This document shows positions 24,930 through 37,866 of a stretch of DNA of 64,000 nt, one piece after another. The position numbers were made by a program, and so were the translations under genes. Under the pieces are notes generated by a model. The model was not told the DNA's origin, ran no database searches, and saw only the letters and a list, made by a program, of their open reading frames with translations. Within the stretch, counting starts at the first letter, position 1, and each line of letters starts with the position of its first letter. This DNA is from Hypanus sabinus (lineage: Eukaryota), in contig NC_082710.1 in the NCBI RefSeq assembly GCF_030144855.1, positions 161,758,001-161,822,000 of the forward strand, written 5' to 3'.

Positions 24930-25538
24930 CTCTCCATGAATTGTTCCCTATGGTTCCCTATGGAGGAGCAAATGGTGGAGATCCCATTGCTAGGATCCTG
25001 GTTCACCAATTGGAAGGCATAGAAGAGGACACAGATCGTGCATATCGCTACTATGCTAACCATATCAGTGCCCAGTCAGACTGCTCTGGCCTGCGGACTG
25101 TGTCTGGCTGCCCAACTGAGAACCACCCCTGTACACCATCTCCTGCAGCTCTCATCCCAGTTCGTTCATCGCTTACAGATTCCCATCGCATCTACCCAGT
25201 CACTTACTATCTCCAGCTGCCATGGTCCCTCAGACTACACCTACCTTCCACATGTCCTGCCACAAGCCCATTGTCCATGGACTACTCAATCTATCTGAGC
25301 CTGCACCTCCAGATCAAAGGATGGTGGAAAATGGTCCACTGGACAGGGTTTGCTGCTGGATAGATTTATGTCATCGTGGACAGGGTATGCAGAACCTGGT
25401 TAACTGGGAAGGGTACAGCCCAGAGGAAAGGTCTTGTGTTCTGTCCAGTTTCATCCTGGTTTCGATGCACACGGAGGAGTTCTATCAGACCCATTGGATT
25501 GTCCTGTGCTTTCAGGTGTCAGCCAGAACAGGGTATCC
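24930..25538 (+). mobile_element. pol: chromovirus Ty3/gypsy 3' end (integrase C-terminus plus chromodomain)
   Basis: 'YPVTYYLQLPWSLR', then 'QNLVNWEGYSPEERSCVLSSFIL' chromodomain. Confidence 0.8.
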
Positions 25539-25832
25539 TGTCAGGGCTGCACAGACATGCATCTTCCTGTTTTAATCCAGACAACAGGAGTCAACAGCCA
25601 CTTATTTCCAACTCATCACCTGCAGCCTATTTAAACCCAGCCCTTATTCGCAATCCTTGTTCACTCATGCAAACCAGTTGCTCCTAGCCTTCTGTTGCCT
25701 CATTGTATTGAGTTTCAGTTGTCTCTTGTTTTTGAGGCTCCTCGTGCCTTGCTATTTTGCAGCTTATTATTAAAGTGATTATGACCCACTAAATTGTCTC
25801 AGCTGCTCTGTGTTTGGGTCAAGTTCCTGACA
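25539..25832 (+). mobile_element. 3' LTR of the chromovirus
   Basis: TGTCAGG...CCTGACA inverted termini; purine-rich tract upstream; TATA-like tatttaaa; attaaa signal. Confidence 0.8.
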
Positions 25833-27362
25833 GTCTCTGGGCTTGGTGTTAACTTTCTAGGGAAGTTGCATGATTACATCTTGAGTGTGCCTCTTCAGAG
25901 AGGGAAAGTGAAGGTCAAGTTTATTGTCATATGTACAAAAATAGATTAACATAGGTGCAATGAAAAACTTGCAGTAAGAACATAAGAAATAGGAGCAGGA
26001 GAAGTCCATCTGGCCTGTTGAGCCTGCTCCACCATTCAATAAGATCATTGGCTGAGCTGGCCATGGACATCCCAGGCAAGTGACATAAGCATCATTCACA
26101 AGTAAAATAAACATGCTTTTTAACAGGGATAACATAATTAGAATAGAAGGAAAGAACATTACAAGAGGAAGTCTATTTCATGGTAATTGTAAGGTGACAT
26201 TGTTAAAAGATTTGGGGCCACTCATTAAAACTGTTGTGCACAGCAGTTTCTTCTCACAGAAGGTAGTGAATCTCTGGAATACACTACCCCACAGAGTGGT
26301 AGAGACTGTATCATTTATGGTATTTAGAATAGCAAGTAGATAATTTTCTGAATGATTGGGGAAATTGAGGAATTTAAGAAAATGGCAGATGTGTCCTGGG
26401 GCATATCAGCTGTGGTTTAATTGAATGACAGGGCTTGTATGAAGGGCTGACTTTGCTTTCTTGTCTTGTAATTTTCATGTTGATTGTTGTAAAGATGTTC
26501 TTTCTGGTAAAAATTGGTTCATTTAGTTGATGTTTATCTTGTGATTGCTGCTGAGATGATGCTGTGTATCTGTGATGCTACTGCAATTCCATTTCTCATT
26601 GCACATGTCCGTACATTCACTTGTGTACGTGACAATAGAATGGGTGGGAGTAAAGATTGTGGATAAAGGTAAGAGACATCAAAGGGCAGCAAACATTCCC
26701 GGTAAACATGATGGAATGGTGGGGCAGACTCGATGGGATGAATGGCCTCATTCTGCTCCTCTGTGTTATTCCAGGAAGTTCTCAAGGGACCAGCACATGC
26801 ACAAAAACCACATGCATCTGTTGCCAGTTGTCACAGAGAAATTTCAAACACAATCTCTACCTTGCAGTGTGATCACTTTGTCAGTGTTTGGAAAGGATTC
26901 TGAGCTGACTTGGCTGAAATGAGAAGGAGCTCTGAGTGGAATTTAGTTGGATAAAAACAGGTGAAGAAGAGATGTTGGGAAGGTCAGGTTGCTGATTGTA
27001 GACTGTAAGTGGGTTGGGAAGTCAATGGAGCAAGTGTACGGTTGGGAAGCAGAGGGCCATTTTCCAAGATCTCAAATATGGTGACTGTAAAACATCCTTC
27101 TTTCTTTTGCACTATTCCTTACCCAAATTGATTTATTTCCTGTCAGATTTCTTATTCCACAACCATTATTCATCAGTGTTCACACTTGTAGCAAGGCTTT
27201 GGAGACGATGTGCAGGGCATTTATCAGAAGACTAGCAAATCTGAGATTGTTAACCTGGTGTAAAGAAGAGTCGGCAAAGCTGTTTAAATTCAGAATGTGT
27301 CGATTGGGACAAATTGGGTCTGAGACTCTTGAAGAATGAAAGTGGGCACGACCATGTAGTTC

Positions 27363-27408
27363 ATGGTGTTATTGACTCCCTGTGCTTTCCATCTCACTCA
27401 GATGACAG
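27363..27408 (+). CDS. candidate leader (signal peptide) exon of the Ig-superfamily gene
   Basis: ATG-started 46-nt phase-1 exon MVLLTPCAFHLTQMT(A) ending AG|GTAGAT in apparently non-repetitive DNA; in frame with exon 40435. The hydrophobic core is weak. Confidence 0.3.
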
Positions 27409-27715
27409 GTAGATAGTGGATCTTACACAGAATCGCAGGTGTAACATCACTGGCATTTGTCATGAAATCTGTTGTATTTGCAGCAGCAGCGCAATACTGT
27501 ACATAATAAAAACACAACTATGAATTACTGTAAATATATAAATATATTAAACAGCCTAATTATTTATTTTCTTTACTGAGATGCAGCGTGATGTTGGCCT
27601 TTCCAGACCTTAGAGCCCCATCACCAACAACCCCCGATTTAACCAAAGCCTAATCACAGGACAATTTACAATCGCCATTTAAACTCCTATAACCCTCAGG
27701 TTCAGCCAGCATGCG

Positions 27716-29490
27716 TTTGACAATAGACAATAGGTGCAGAAGAAGACCATTTGGCCCCTCGAGTCTGCACCGCCATTCTGAGATCATGGCTGATCATTCA
27801 CTATCAATACCCAGTCCCTGCCTTGACCCCATATCCCTTGATTCCCCAATCCATCAGATATCTATCTAGCTCCTTCTTGAAAGCATCCAGAGAATTGACC
27901 TCCACCGTCTTCCGAGGCAGTGCATTCCACACCTCCACAACTCTCTGGGAGAAAAGTTTTTCCTCAACTCTGTTTTAAATAACTGACCTCTTATTCTCAA
28001 TCCATGCCCTCTGGTACTGGACTCTCCCAACATCTGGAACATATTTCCTGCCTCAATCCTATCAAATCCTTTAATTATCTTAAACGTTTCAATCAGATCC
28101 CCTCTCAATTTCCTCAATTCCAGTATGTACAAGCCCAATCTCTCCAGTCTCTCTGTGTAAGACAGCCCTGCCATCCCAGGAATCAACCTAGTGAATCTAC
28201 GCTGCACTTCCTCAATTGCCAGAATGTCCTTCCTTAAACCTGGAGACCAAAAGTGTACACAATATTCCAGGTGTGGTCTCACCAGGGCCCTGTACAAATG
28301 CAAAAGGACATCCTTGCTCTTGTACTCAATTCCCCTTGTAATAAAGGCCAACATTCCATTTGCCCTCTTCACTGCCTGTTCCACTTGCTCATTCACCTTC
28401 ATTGACTGGTGAACTAGGACTACTAGGTCTCTTTGCATTTCTCCCTTACCTAAGTCTACACCATTCAGACAATACTCTGCCCTCTTTTTCCTGCTTCCGA
28501 AGTGGATAACTTCACATTTATTCACATTGAATGACATCTGCCGAGTATCTGCCCACTCACCCAGCCTATCCAAGTCTCCCTGTATTCTCCTAACGTCCTC
28601 TTTGCATGTCACACTGCCACCCAGTTTAGTATCGTCAGCAAACTTGCTGATATAGTTTTCAATGCCCTCATCTAAATCATTGACATAAATCGTAAAGAGC
28701 TGTGGTCCCAATACAGAGCCCTGTGGTACCCCACTAGTCACATCCAGTCAGTCCGAGAAACACCCATTCACTGCTACCCTTTGCTTTCTATCTGCCAACC
28801 AGTTTTCTATACATGTTGAAACCCTGCTCCCAATGCCATGAGCTCTGATTTTACTCACCAATCTCCTATGTGGCACCGTATCGAATGCCTTCTGAAAATC
28901 TAGGTACACTACATCCACTGGCTTACCCTTGTCTAACATCCTTGTTACACCCTCAAAAAACTCCAACAGTTTAGGCAAGCATGATTTGCCCTTGGTAAAT
29001 CCATGCTGGCTCGGCCTAATCCTATTACTGCCATCAAGATATGCCACTATTTCGTCTTTAATAATGGACTCAAGCATCTTCCCCACAACTGACATTTTGC
29101 TAACAGGGCGATAGTTCTCCGTTTTCTCCTTCCTTCCCTTCTTGAAAAGTGGGATAACATTAGCCACTCTCCAATCTTCAGGAACTGATCCTGAATCTAA
29201 GGTACATTGGAAAATGATTACCAATGCATCCGCAATTTCCTGAGCCACCTCTTTTAGAACTCTCGGATGCAGACCATCTGAACCCGGGGATTTATTAGCC
29301 TTCAGTCCTACCAGTCTACTCATCACAGTTTCTTTCCTAATGTCAATCTGTCTCAATTCCTCTGATACCTTATGACCCTGGCCCATCCATACATCTGGGA
29401 GATTGCTTGTGTCCTCCCTGGTGAAGACAGATCTAAAGTACGCATTAAATTCTGTTGCCATTTCCCTGTTTCCCATAACAGCTCCATGAA
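27716..29490 (-). mobile_element. relatively young CR1 LINE 3' part (RT plus 3' UTR)
   Basis: ORFs 28748-29490 and 27866-28741 separated by one stop; 'SGVPQGSVLGP', 'KFADDTKLGG'. Confidence 0.92.
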
Positions 29491-30188
29491 GACAGGGTGA
29501 AGACAGGGTGAAGATAGCTCTGGCCCAGCCAAACTGAGAAATCTCGTTTGTGTGGCTGCTGTGTGATGTGTTGTCTGGTAACAAATCCATAAGGCAAAAT
29601 TTCAGAAAGTACACCATCTGAGCTTTATAATACTTAATGTGACTACACGGTTAGCAAAGAAAATAAAAAGGAAAAGGCTCCATTTTCATTTTTAGAATCT
29701 TTTTATTGGTACATAATCTTTTACAGCTGTAGAATGATACAAAACTTCAACAAATTATTATGTATACAATTAATAAAGCTGAAGAAAAAAGCTGATCGTA
29801 ATATATAAAAACAGAAAAAAAATTACATATAGGGAAAAAAGGGAAATAAAACCATCTAACTAGGAATAAAACCCACTAACTACAAAAAAAAGAGAAAACA
29901 AACCACCCCCCGGAGCAATATGTTTAACTATCATCTTTTTTTTTTTAATAATTTTTTATTGCATTTTTAAATGATTACAAAGTATGAAAAAACAATGTAT
30001 ATAACCCATACCCCCTCCCCTTAACCCCTCCCCCCTAACTGCCCTATAGAAAAAAAAAGAAAGAAAGAAAGAAAGAAAGAATGCCTGGTGGTTGGAAGAT
30101 CTCCACATGCTCCATGGAATTCGTAATAATTTTAATATGTATATTTATTTCTTTCCCCTAATAACCAATTGTTTCATCTTCAAAGCAT

Positions 30189-31820
30189 CTATATATTTAA
30201 TCCTGTCTTTTGTAAATAAGGGCTCCAAATTTTCAAAAATGTTTCATATTTATCTCTTAAATTATAAGTAATTTTTTCTAATGGAATACAACCATAGATT
30301 TCTTTCTTCCAAGAATCTATACTTAAATGTGTATCCGATTTCCAAGTAACTGCAAAAGCTTTTTTGGCTACTGCCAGTGCAATTTTTATAAATTCTTTCT
30401 GATACTTATTTAGTTTGAGTTTCGGTTTTATCCCTTCAATATCACCTAGTAAAAATAATATTGGATTATGAGGAAATTGTGTTCCTGTAATTTGTTCCAG
30501 TAAAAGTCTTAAATTTGTCCAAAAAGGTTGAATTTTAGAGCAAGACCATGTCGAATGTAAAAAAGTACCAGTTTCCTGGTTACATCGGAAACACTGATCC
30601 GATAAATTTGGATTAAATTTTTTTATTTTTTGTGGTGTAATATATAATTGATGTAGAAAATTATACTGCACTAATCTTAACCGAACATTTATTGTATTTG
30701 TCATACTGTCAAGACATAGTCTTGACCAATTTGTTTCTTCAATTTTGATATTCAAATCACTTTCCCATTTTTGTCTTGACTTATGGACTCCTTGCTTAAT
30801 TACCTGTCTTTGAATCAAATTATACATGCAAGATATAAATTTTTTGATATTTCCTTTTTGAATTAAAATTTCTATTTCATTAGATTTCGGCAATAACATT
30901 GTTTGACCTAGTTTTTCTCTTAAATAAGCCCTTAATTGAAAGTAACAAAATAAAGTGTTGTTTGATATTTTATATTTATTCTTTAATTGTTCAAATGACA
31001 TTAATATACCTCCTTCAAAACAATTCCCTATATATCTAATCCCATTTTGAATCCAATTATATAAAAGTTGGTTGTCCATTGTGAAAGGAATAAGTCTATT
31101 TTGAATTAAAGATCTCTTTGCTAATAAAGATTTTTTTATCTCATCATCAACATTTATCTTATTCCATAGATCAATCAAATGTTTTAATATAGGAGATTCT
31201 TTCTTTTCCCGTATCCATTTAGATTCCCATTTGTATATAAAATCTTCTGGTACATTTTCTCCTATTTTATCTAATTCTATTCTAATCCATGCCGGTTTAT
31301 CTTTCTCGAAAAAAGATGCAATAAATCTAAGTTGATTTGCTTTATAATAATTCTTAAAATTTGGAAGTTGTAATCCTCCTAGATCAAATTTCCATGTCAA
31401 TTTTTCCAACGATATTCTTGACATCTTACCTTTCCAGAGGAATTTCCTCACATATTTGTTTAACTCTTGAAAAAACTTCTGGGGTAATTGTATTGGTAAT
31501 GATTGAAATAAATATTGTAATCTAGGGAATATATTCATTTTTATAGTATTTACTCTACCTACTAATGTTATTGGTAATGCCATCCATTTTTCAAGATCTT
31601 CCTGAATTTTTTTCAAAAGTGGTAAGTAATTTAATTTGTATAAGTTTTTTATATCATTATCAACTCTTATACCTAAATATTTTATACCATTTGCTGGCCA
31701 TCTAAATTGAGTTATTAATCGACATTGATTATAATCTCCTTTAGTAAGAGGTAAAATTTCACTTTTATCCCAATTTATTTTATAACCCGATATTTTCCCA
31801 TATTCTTCTAGTCTATAAGA
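30189..31820 (-). CDS. L1 ORF2 C-terminal half (RT end plus Cys-rich domain), open
   Basis: Open from 'SYRLEEYGKISGYKIN' to the stop (543 codons); 'KYLGI', 'CFRCNQETGTFLHSTWSC'. Confidence 0.9.
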   Translation of the reverse strand, partial: SYRLEEYGKISGYKINWDKSEILPLTKGDYNQCRLITQFRWPANGIKYLGIRVDNDIKNLYKLNYLPLLKKIQEDLEKWMALPITLVGRVNTIKMNIFPRLQYLFQSLPIQLPQKFFQELNKYVRKFLWKGKMSRISLEKLTWKFDLGGLQLPNFKNYYKANQLRFIASFFEKDKPAWIRIELDKIGENVPEDFIYKWESKWIREKKESPILKHLIDLWNKINVDDEIKKSLLAKRSLIQNRLIPFTMDNQLLYNWIQNGIRYIGNCFEGGILMSFEQLKNKYKISNNTLFCYFQLRAYLREKLGQTMLLPKSNEIEILIQKGNIKKFISCMYNLIQRQVIKQGVHKSRQKWESDLNIKIEETNWSRLCLDSMTNTINVRLRLVQYNFLHQLYITPQKIKKFNPNLSDQCFRCNQETGTFLHSTWSCSKIQPFWTNLRLLLEQITGTQFPHNPILFLLGDIEGIKPKLKLNKYQKEFIKIALAVAKKAFAVTWKSDTHLSIDSWKKEIYGCIPLEKITYNLRDKYETFLKIWSPYLQKTGLNI

Positions 31821-31822
31821 TT

Positions 31823-33740
31823 TTGGTTAATAAAAATTTACCAATTAAAATACAAAATGTATTAATTGATTCGGCAGGAAGATATTTAATTATACATTGT
31901 CAAATTTTTTCAGAACTATGGACTCTTATGAATATTTATGCACCAAATGAAAATGATGTAAAATTTATACAGGAGGTCTTTTTGAATTTGGCTAATGCAC
32001 ATGATAAAATATTAATAGGTGGAGATTTTAATTTTTGTTTAGATCCAGTTTTAGATAGATCAACAAAGGCTATTACAAAATCAAAAGTAGCAAAATTAAC
32101 TCTATCATTGATGAAAGATCTAAATTTGATTGATATATGGAGAAGAATCAATCCAAAAGAAAGGGATTATTCATTTTATTCAAATAGACATAAAACATAT
32201 TCAAGGATAGATTTTTTCCTGTTATCAACAAATATTCAAGATAGAGTGAAAAACATGGAATATAAAGCAAGAATATTGTCTGATCACTCTCCTTTAATAA
32301 TGACGATGACAATGACAGATAAAGAGGAATCAATTTATAGATGGAGATTTAATTCAATTTTACTAAAACGTCAAGATTTTTGTGATTTTATGAAAAAACA
32401 GATTCAGTTCTTTTTAGATACAAATTTACATTCAGTTGATGATAAATTTATACTGTGGGAAGCAATGAAAGCATATTTGAGAGGTCAGATAATAAGTTAT
32501 ACTTCTAAAATTAAGAAGGAATATATGATAGAAATAGATCAATTGGAAAAAGAGATTATAAAATTAGAAAAAGAATCTCAAAGAAATATGACAGAAGAAA
32601 AACGAAGACAACTTATTAATAAGAAGTTAAAATATAATACACTCCAGACATATCGAACAGAAAAAGCAATTATGAGAACTAAACAGAGATATTATGAATT
32701 AGGTGAAAGATCACATAAAGTTCTTGCATGGCAGTTAAAAACAGATCAGATTTCTAAAACAATAAATGCAATTCGAACAAAAGTGAATGAAATTACTTAT
32801 AAACCTCTAGAAATTAATGAGGCTTTTAAGAATTTTTATTCTGAGTTGTATAAATCAGAATCAAAGAATGATGATGTTAAGATAGAAGAATTTTTATCAC
32901 AAATAACTCTTCCAAAATTAAATACAGAAGAACAGAAGGGATTAGGTATGTCTTTTACATTGAAAGAAGTTGAAGAAGCTTTGGGATCACTTCAAAGTAA
33001 TAAATCTCCAGGAGAAGATGGTTTTCCACCTGAATTTTATAAAAAGTTTAAAGATTTATTAATTCCTCCTTTTATGGAGTTAATATATCAGGCGGAAAGA
33101 ACGCATAAACTTCCAGAATCTTTTTCAACAGCTATTTTAATAGTATTGCCAAAAAAAGACAGAGACCTTTTAAAGCCAGCATCATATAGACCTATTTCTT
33201 TATTAAACACTGATTATAAAATAATAGCAAAAATCTTATCTAATAGATTATCTAAATGCTTACCAAAATTAGTGCATATGGATCAAACAGGATTTATCAA
33301 AAATAGACAATCGGCAGATAATGTAACTCGGTTATTTAGTATAATCCATTTAGCACAAAAGAGGGAGGAAATGAGTGTGGCGGTTGTTTTAGATGCAGAG
33401 AAAGCATTTGATAGATTGGAATGGGATTTTTTATTTAAGGTATTGGAAAAATATGGATTAGGAACATCATTTATAAAATGGATTAAAACCTTAAATACTA
33501 ATCCCAAAGCTAAAGTAGTGACAAATGGTCAAATTTCAACATCATTTCAGTTAACAAGATCAACTCGGCAAGGTTGCCCACTATCACCTGCTTTGTTTGT
33601 GTTGGCAATAGAACCACTAGCTGAATTAATCAGAATGGACCCAGATATTAAGGGTTTCAGAGTTAATCAGGAAGAAGACAAGATTAACTTATTTGCTGAT
33701 GATGTTCTAATTTATTTAACAGATCCATTACATTCACTAC
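31823..33740 (+). CDS. L1 ORF2 inverted half (EN plus RT), open
   Basis: 'LMNIYAPN', 'IGGDFN', 'YSRIDFF', 'SDHSP', 'YRPISLLNTDYKI', 'RQGCPLSP', 'LFADDV'. Confidence 0.92.
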
Positions 33741-36700
33741 GTTTAACTATCATCTAAGTATATAAAGAAAAAGAGTCATCAACCACCAATTCATATTTAA
33801 AAAAAATAAAATTGGAAGGAAACCATATAGAGTAATTCAAATTAAATGGTAATATTTGGCAAAAGAGCCCCATCTTCTCTCAAAATTGAATTGGGGTTCA
33901 GAAGTTCTACTTCTGATTTTTTTCCAAACTGAGATATAACATTACTTGAGAAAACCATTCAATTAATGTAGGGGAAGAGATACTTTCATTTTAATAGAAT
34001 AGCCCTTCTTGCCAGAAATGTAACAAAGGCATGTTGTAACATGTTGATCTGAAGATTAAATACTCTGAATATGATGCAGAACTATTCCAAATAGAACAGT
34101 CAGTCTATTATGTTGTAAATTAATGTTCAGAGCTTTAGAAATTGTAGAAAATAAAGATTTCCAAAACAATTTTAATGAAGAACATGACCAGAACATATGT
34201 GACAAAGTAGCTACTACAGTTTTACATCTATCACAGTAGTTGTCACTGTTATGAAATATTTTAGATAGTCTCTCCTTTGTTCAATAATAACAATGAACAA
34301 TTTTAAATTGAATTAAACAATAGTTGGCACATATAGAAGAAGAATTTACGTTTTTCAAAGTTCAAACCCAGTCTTTATTAACAAAAGTCATATTAAGTTC
34401 TCTCTCCCAATCTTGTTTAATCTTTAGTGATAGGTTCTCTTTTTGTAACAAAAGTAAATCATAAATTCTGCTAATGGAACCTTTCATGAAGGGATTCAAC
34501 ATCAAAATGGTTTCCAACAAATCAGATTCTTGTAAATACGGAAACTTAGGTAAATATTGTTGTAAAAAGTGTCCAACCTGAAAATATTGCAAAAAAATGT
34601 GTATGAGCAAGAGAATATTTGTTAATTAACTCTTCAAAAGTCATCAATTGACCATCACAAAATAAATCTGTAGAAGAACGGATCCCTTTATTTCTCCATA
34701 GGAGAAAAATGTGGTTGGTTATTGAAGGTTTAAATGAAAAGTTTTGATATAGAAGACTAGACAACTTAAATTGTTTAAACTTTTAAAAATTGCGAAACTG
34801 AACCCAAATCTGTAGGGATTGTTTAATAACCGGGTAAAGATTTAAATTTGGAATTTTAGAGAGCTGTAAAGGTAATGGAGCTCCTAATATTGAAGTTAAA
34901 TGAAAGTGTTTAACAGCTTTTAATTCCAAATCAACCCATCGTGGTTGTTGGCTCTTATCAAGCCAGTATAACCAAAAACATAATTGTCTAATATTTACAG
35001 CCCAATAATACAGTCTTAAATTAGGAAGTGTAAGTCCACCATCTTTTTTGGGTTTTTATAAGTGATACTTGTTAATGTTTGGTCTCTTATTGTTCCAAAT
35101 CAATAATTTTTTAGTTAAAAAGATGGGTATATTTTGGAAAATATATAAAAATCTAGGGAAAATCATCATTTTCAGCATGGATGCAACCTATTAAAGAAAG
35201 TGTAAGTGGATTCCATCTAGAAAATAATTGTTTCATCGAGTCTATTAAAGGAACTATATTAGCTTTATAAAGATCTTTATTTTTTTTAGTAATTTTAATA
35301 CTTAAATATCTAAATGTATTAACAATTCTAAAAGGAATATCATTATATATACTAACATGGACATTTAATGGAAACAACTCACTTTTATTCAAGTTCAGTT
35401 TATATCCTGAAAATTTACCAAAATCTTTAACTGCTTCCAAAAGATTAGGAATTGATTACTCAAGGTTCAAAATAAAAATCAAAAGATCATCTGTATAAAG
35501 AGAAATCGTATGTAGGGTTCCATTTATAGAAGCACCATGAATGTTTTTAACTTCACGTAATGTTATAGCTAAAGTCTCCAATACAAGATTAAATAATAAA
35601 GGGCTTAATGGACATCCCTGTCGTACACAAGTAAGTGAAAAAAGGACCTGTAATTATTAGTAATGACAGTGCCAATAGGGTTCTTATAAATCATTTGAAT
35701 CCATCTATTAAAGTTATTACCAAAACCAAGTTTTTTCTAATACTTTAAACAAATATGGCCACTCAACTCTATCAAGTGCCTTTTCTGCATCGAGAGAGAT
35801 AACACATTGAGGTTGCTTAGATAATGATGAATATATCATGTTCCTCAATCTCTGAGAATTAGAGAAAGATTAACAGCCTTCAATAAAGCCCATTTGATTC
35901 ATACAGATGATTTTAGTTAAAATATTTTTCAAGCGATTAGCCATTATTTTAGAAAGAATTTTTGCATCCACATTTAATAGCAAAATAGGTCTATATGATG
36001 AGCATTCAACAGGATCTTTATCTTTTTTAAGAATTAAGGAAATAGATGCTTCATAAAAAGAAGGTAAGTTTCCCTTCTCAAAGGATTCATTAAATATTTC
36101 CAAAAGATACGGAGAAAGTAATCTTGCAAATTTTTTGTAAAATCCCATTGAATAACCATCATGTCCAGGATTGCATTGATTGCATTGATAAAATAGCTTT
36201 CTGAATTTCATGCTCGGTAATTAGAGCATCAAGCATCTGTTGATCTTCCTCAGAAATTTGTGGGCATTTAATCTTATGTAAAGAAAAGCCTTCATTTTGG
36301 AGGAATCTGCAGGAAATTGAGATCTATAAAGATCAGAGTAAAAATCTTGAAAAGTATTATTAATATCATCATGGTTTCTTACTATATCTCCATTATTTTT
36401 ACATATCTTTAAAATTTGTATTTAGCTCTAGCTGCTCTTAATTGAGAAGCTAAGAGCTTATTATTTTTATCCCCAAAGATATAAAATTGACTTTTTAATT
36501 TAAGCAAATATCCTTCAATAGGATATGTTAGTAATAAATTATACTGTGATTGCAATTCTACTTTTCTTTTAAATGAAACAATATTTGGAGAGATTGCATT
36601 GATGTTATCTAATTAATTAATTTAGAGATTTTATTTAATTCCATTCTTGTTTCTTCAATTTAGCTATATATGATATAATTTGACCACGTAAATAAGCTTT

Positions 36701-37866
36701 TAATGTATCCCAAATTACTAACTTTGAGATGTTTCCTATATTATTAAAGAGAAAATACTCTTTTAACTGAGTTCCAATAAACTCAACAAATTATGAACTT
36801 TGTAAAAAATGTTCTGGAAAGCGCCAAAATGGACTGGTGGAAACAACATCTTTCAATTCAAATATTAAGTTTAAAGGGGCATGATCAGAGATAGGAATCA
36901 CATCACACACACATTTCTGAACTTGTTAAAAAGGAATTAATAAGTGATGCAGAACCATTAGGGAATTGATGTTTGGATGATGACTTATCCATGAAAGGAT
37001 TTAAACAAGTATTAAAATCACCACCCATTAATAACATATATTCTTTTAAATCAGGTAATAGAGCAAAAATGACTTTAAAAATGAGGGATTATCAATATTT
37101 GGTCCATAAATATTAACCAAATCCATTTTCTTATTACAAATTATTCTGTTAACAATCAAAGATCTATGATTAATATCAACTATAATATCCTCCTGATTAA
37201 AAGGAATATTGAAATCAATAAAAATAGAAACACCTCTAGTTTTACTCTGGGAGTTTGCATGAAACTGAGAATCTTCCAACATTTAAAAGATCGATTTTTA
37301 TCACATAACCTGATATGCGTCTCTTGAGCAAAGATTATGTCAGGCTGGAATCGGTTTGTAACTTTAAATGTGTTCTTACACTTAATAGGATGATTCCAAC
37401 CATGAACAGTCCAAGTTAAATCATTTAACTATTTAGATATCATCACGAAACTTTGTATCTAAAGAGTGTAGTTAGATGCATGTCAGGATAAGGTAGTCGA
37501 AAATGGCGGAGATGAAAAACTATAATAATAATTAGCGTATGCTCTGGGATTCCATAATGGGGATTAAAAAAAGAAAAAATAACCCACTCAAACTACAAAA
37601 CCCAGAAACAAGTTGATGTCAATTGACACAAGCCCCAAGGAAAGCATAGATGCAGATACAATCTCCGCCTCCCAAGTAATAAATTTTTTTTTAAAAGGTG
37701 ATCTCTGTCTCCCTCTACCGAACATAAATCTCATTACAGTTGACAAATACCTCAATATAATTAGCTTGGAAGGGTAGTGTTTTTCTTGTTAAACAAAATG
37801 ACCTTCAATCTGGGAGTAACCTTCATAATATTAGATAAGGGAAGAAAAACAGATCCAAAATAATTC

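Larger units (their letters stand above)
29937..33740 (-). mobile_element. young 5'-inverted (twin-primed) L1 with 15-bp TSD
   Basis: TSD GTTTAACTATCATCT at 29922-29936 and 33741-33755; AATAAA and poly(A) at the left end; inversion junction at 31822/31823. Confidence 0.95.

Noticed and set aside
24506-25363. 285-aa ORF as a novel gene
   Set aside because: Chance read-through from an inverted RTE endonuclease piece into an unrelated gypsy fragment.
10491-25538. The two gypsy remnants as halves of one element split by insertions
   Set aside because: They overlap in the same integrase C-terminal region and are divergent, so they are separate insertions.
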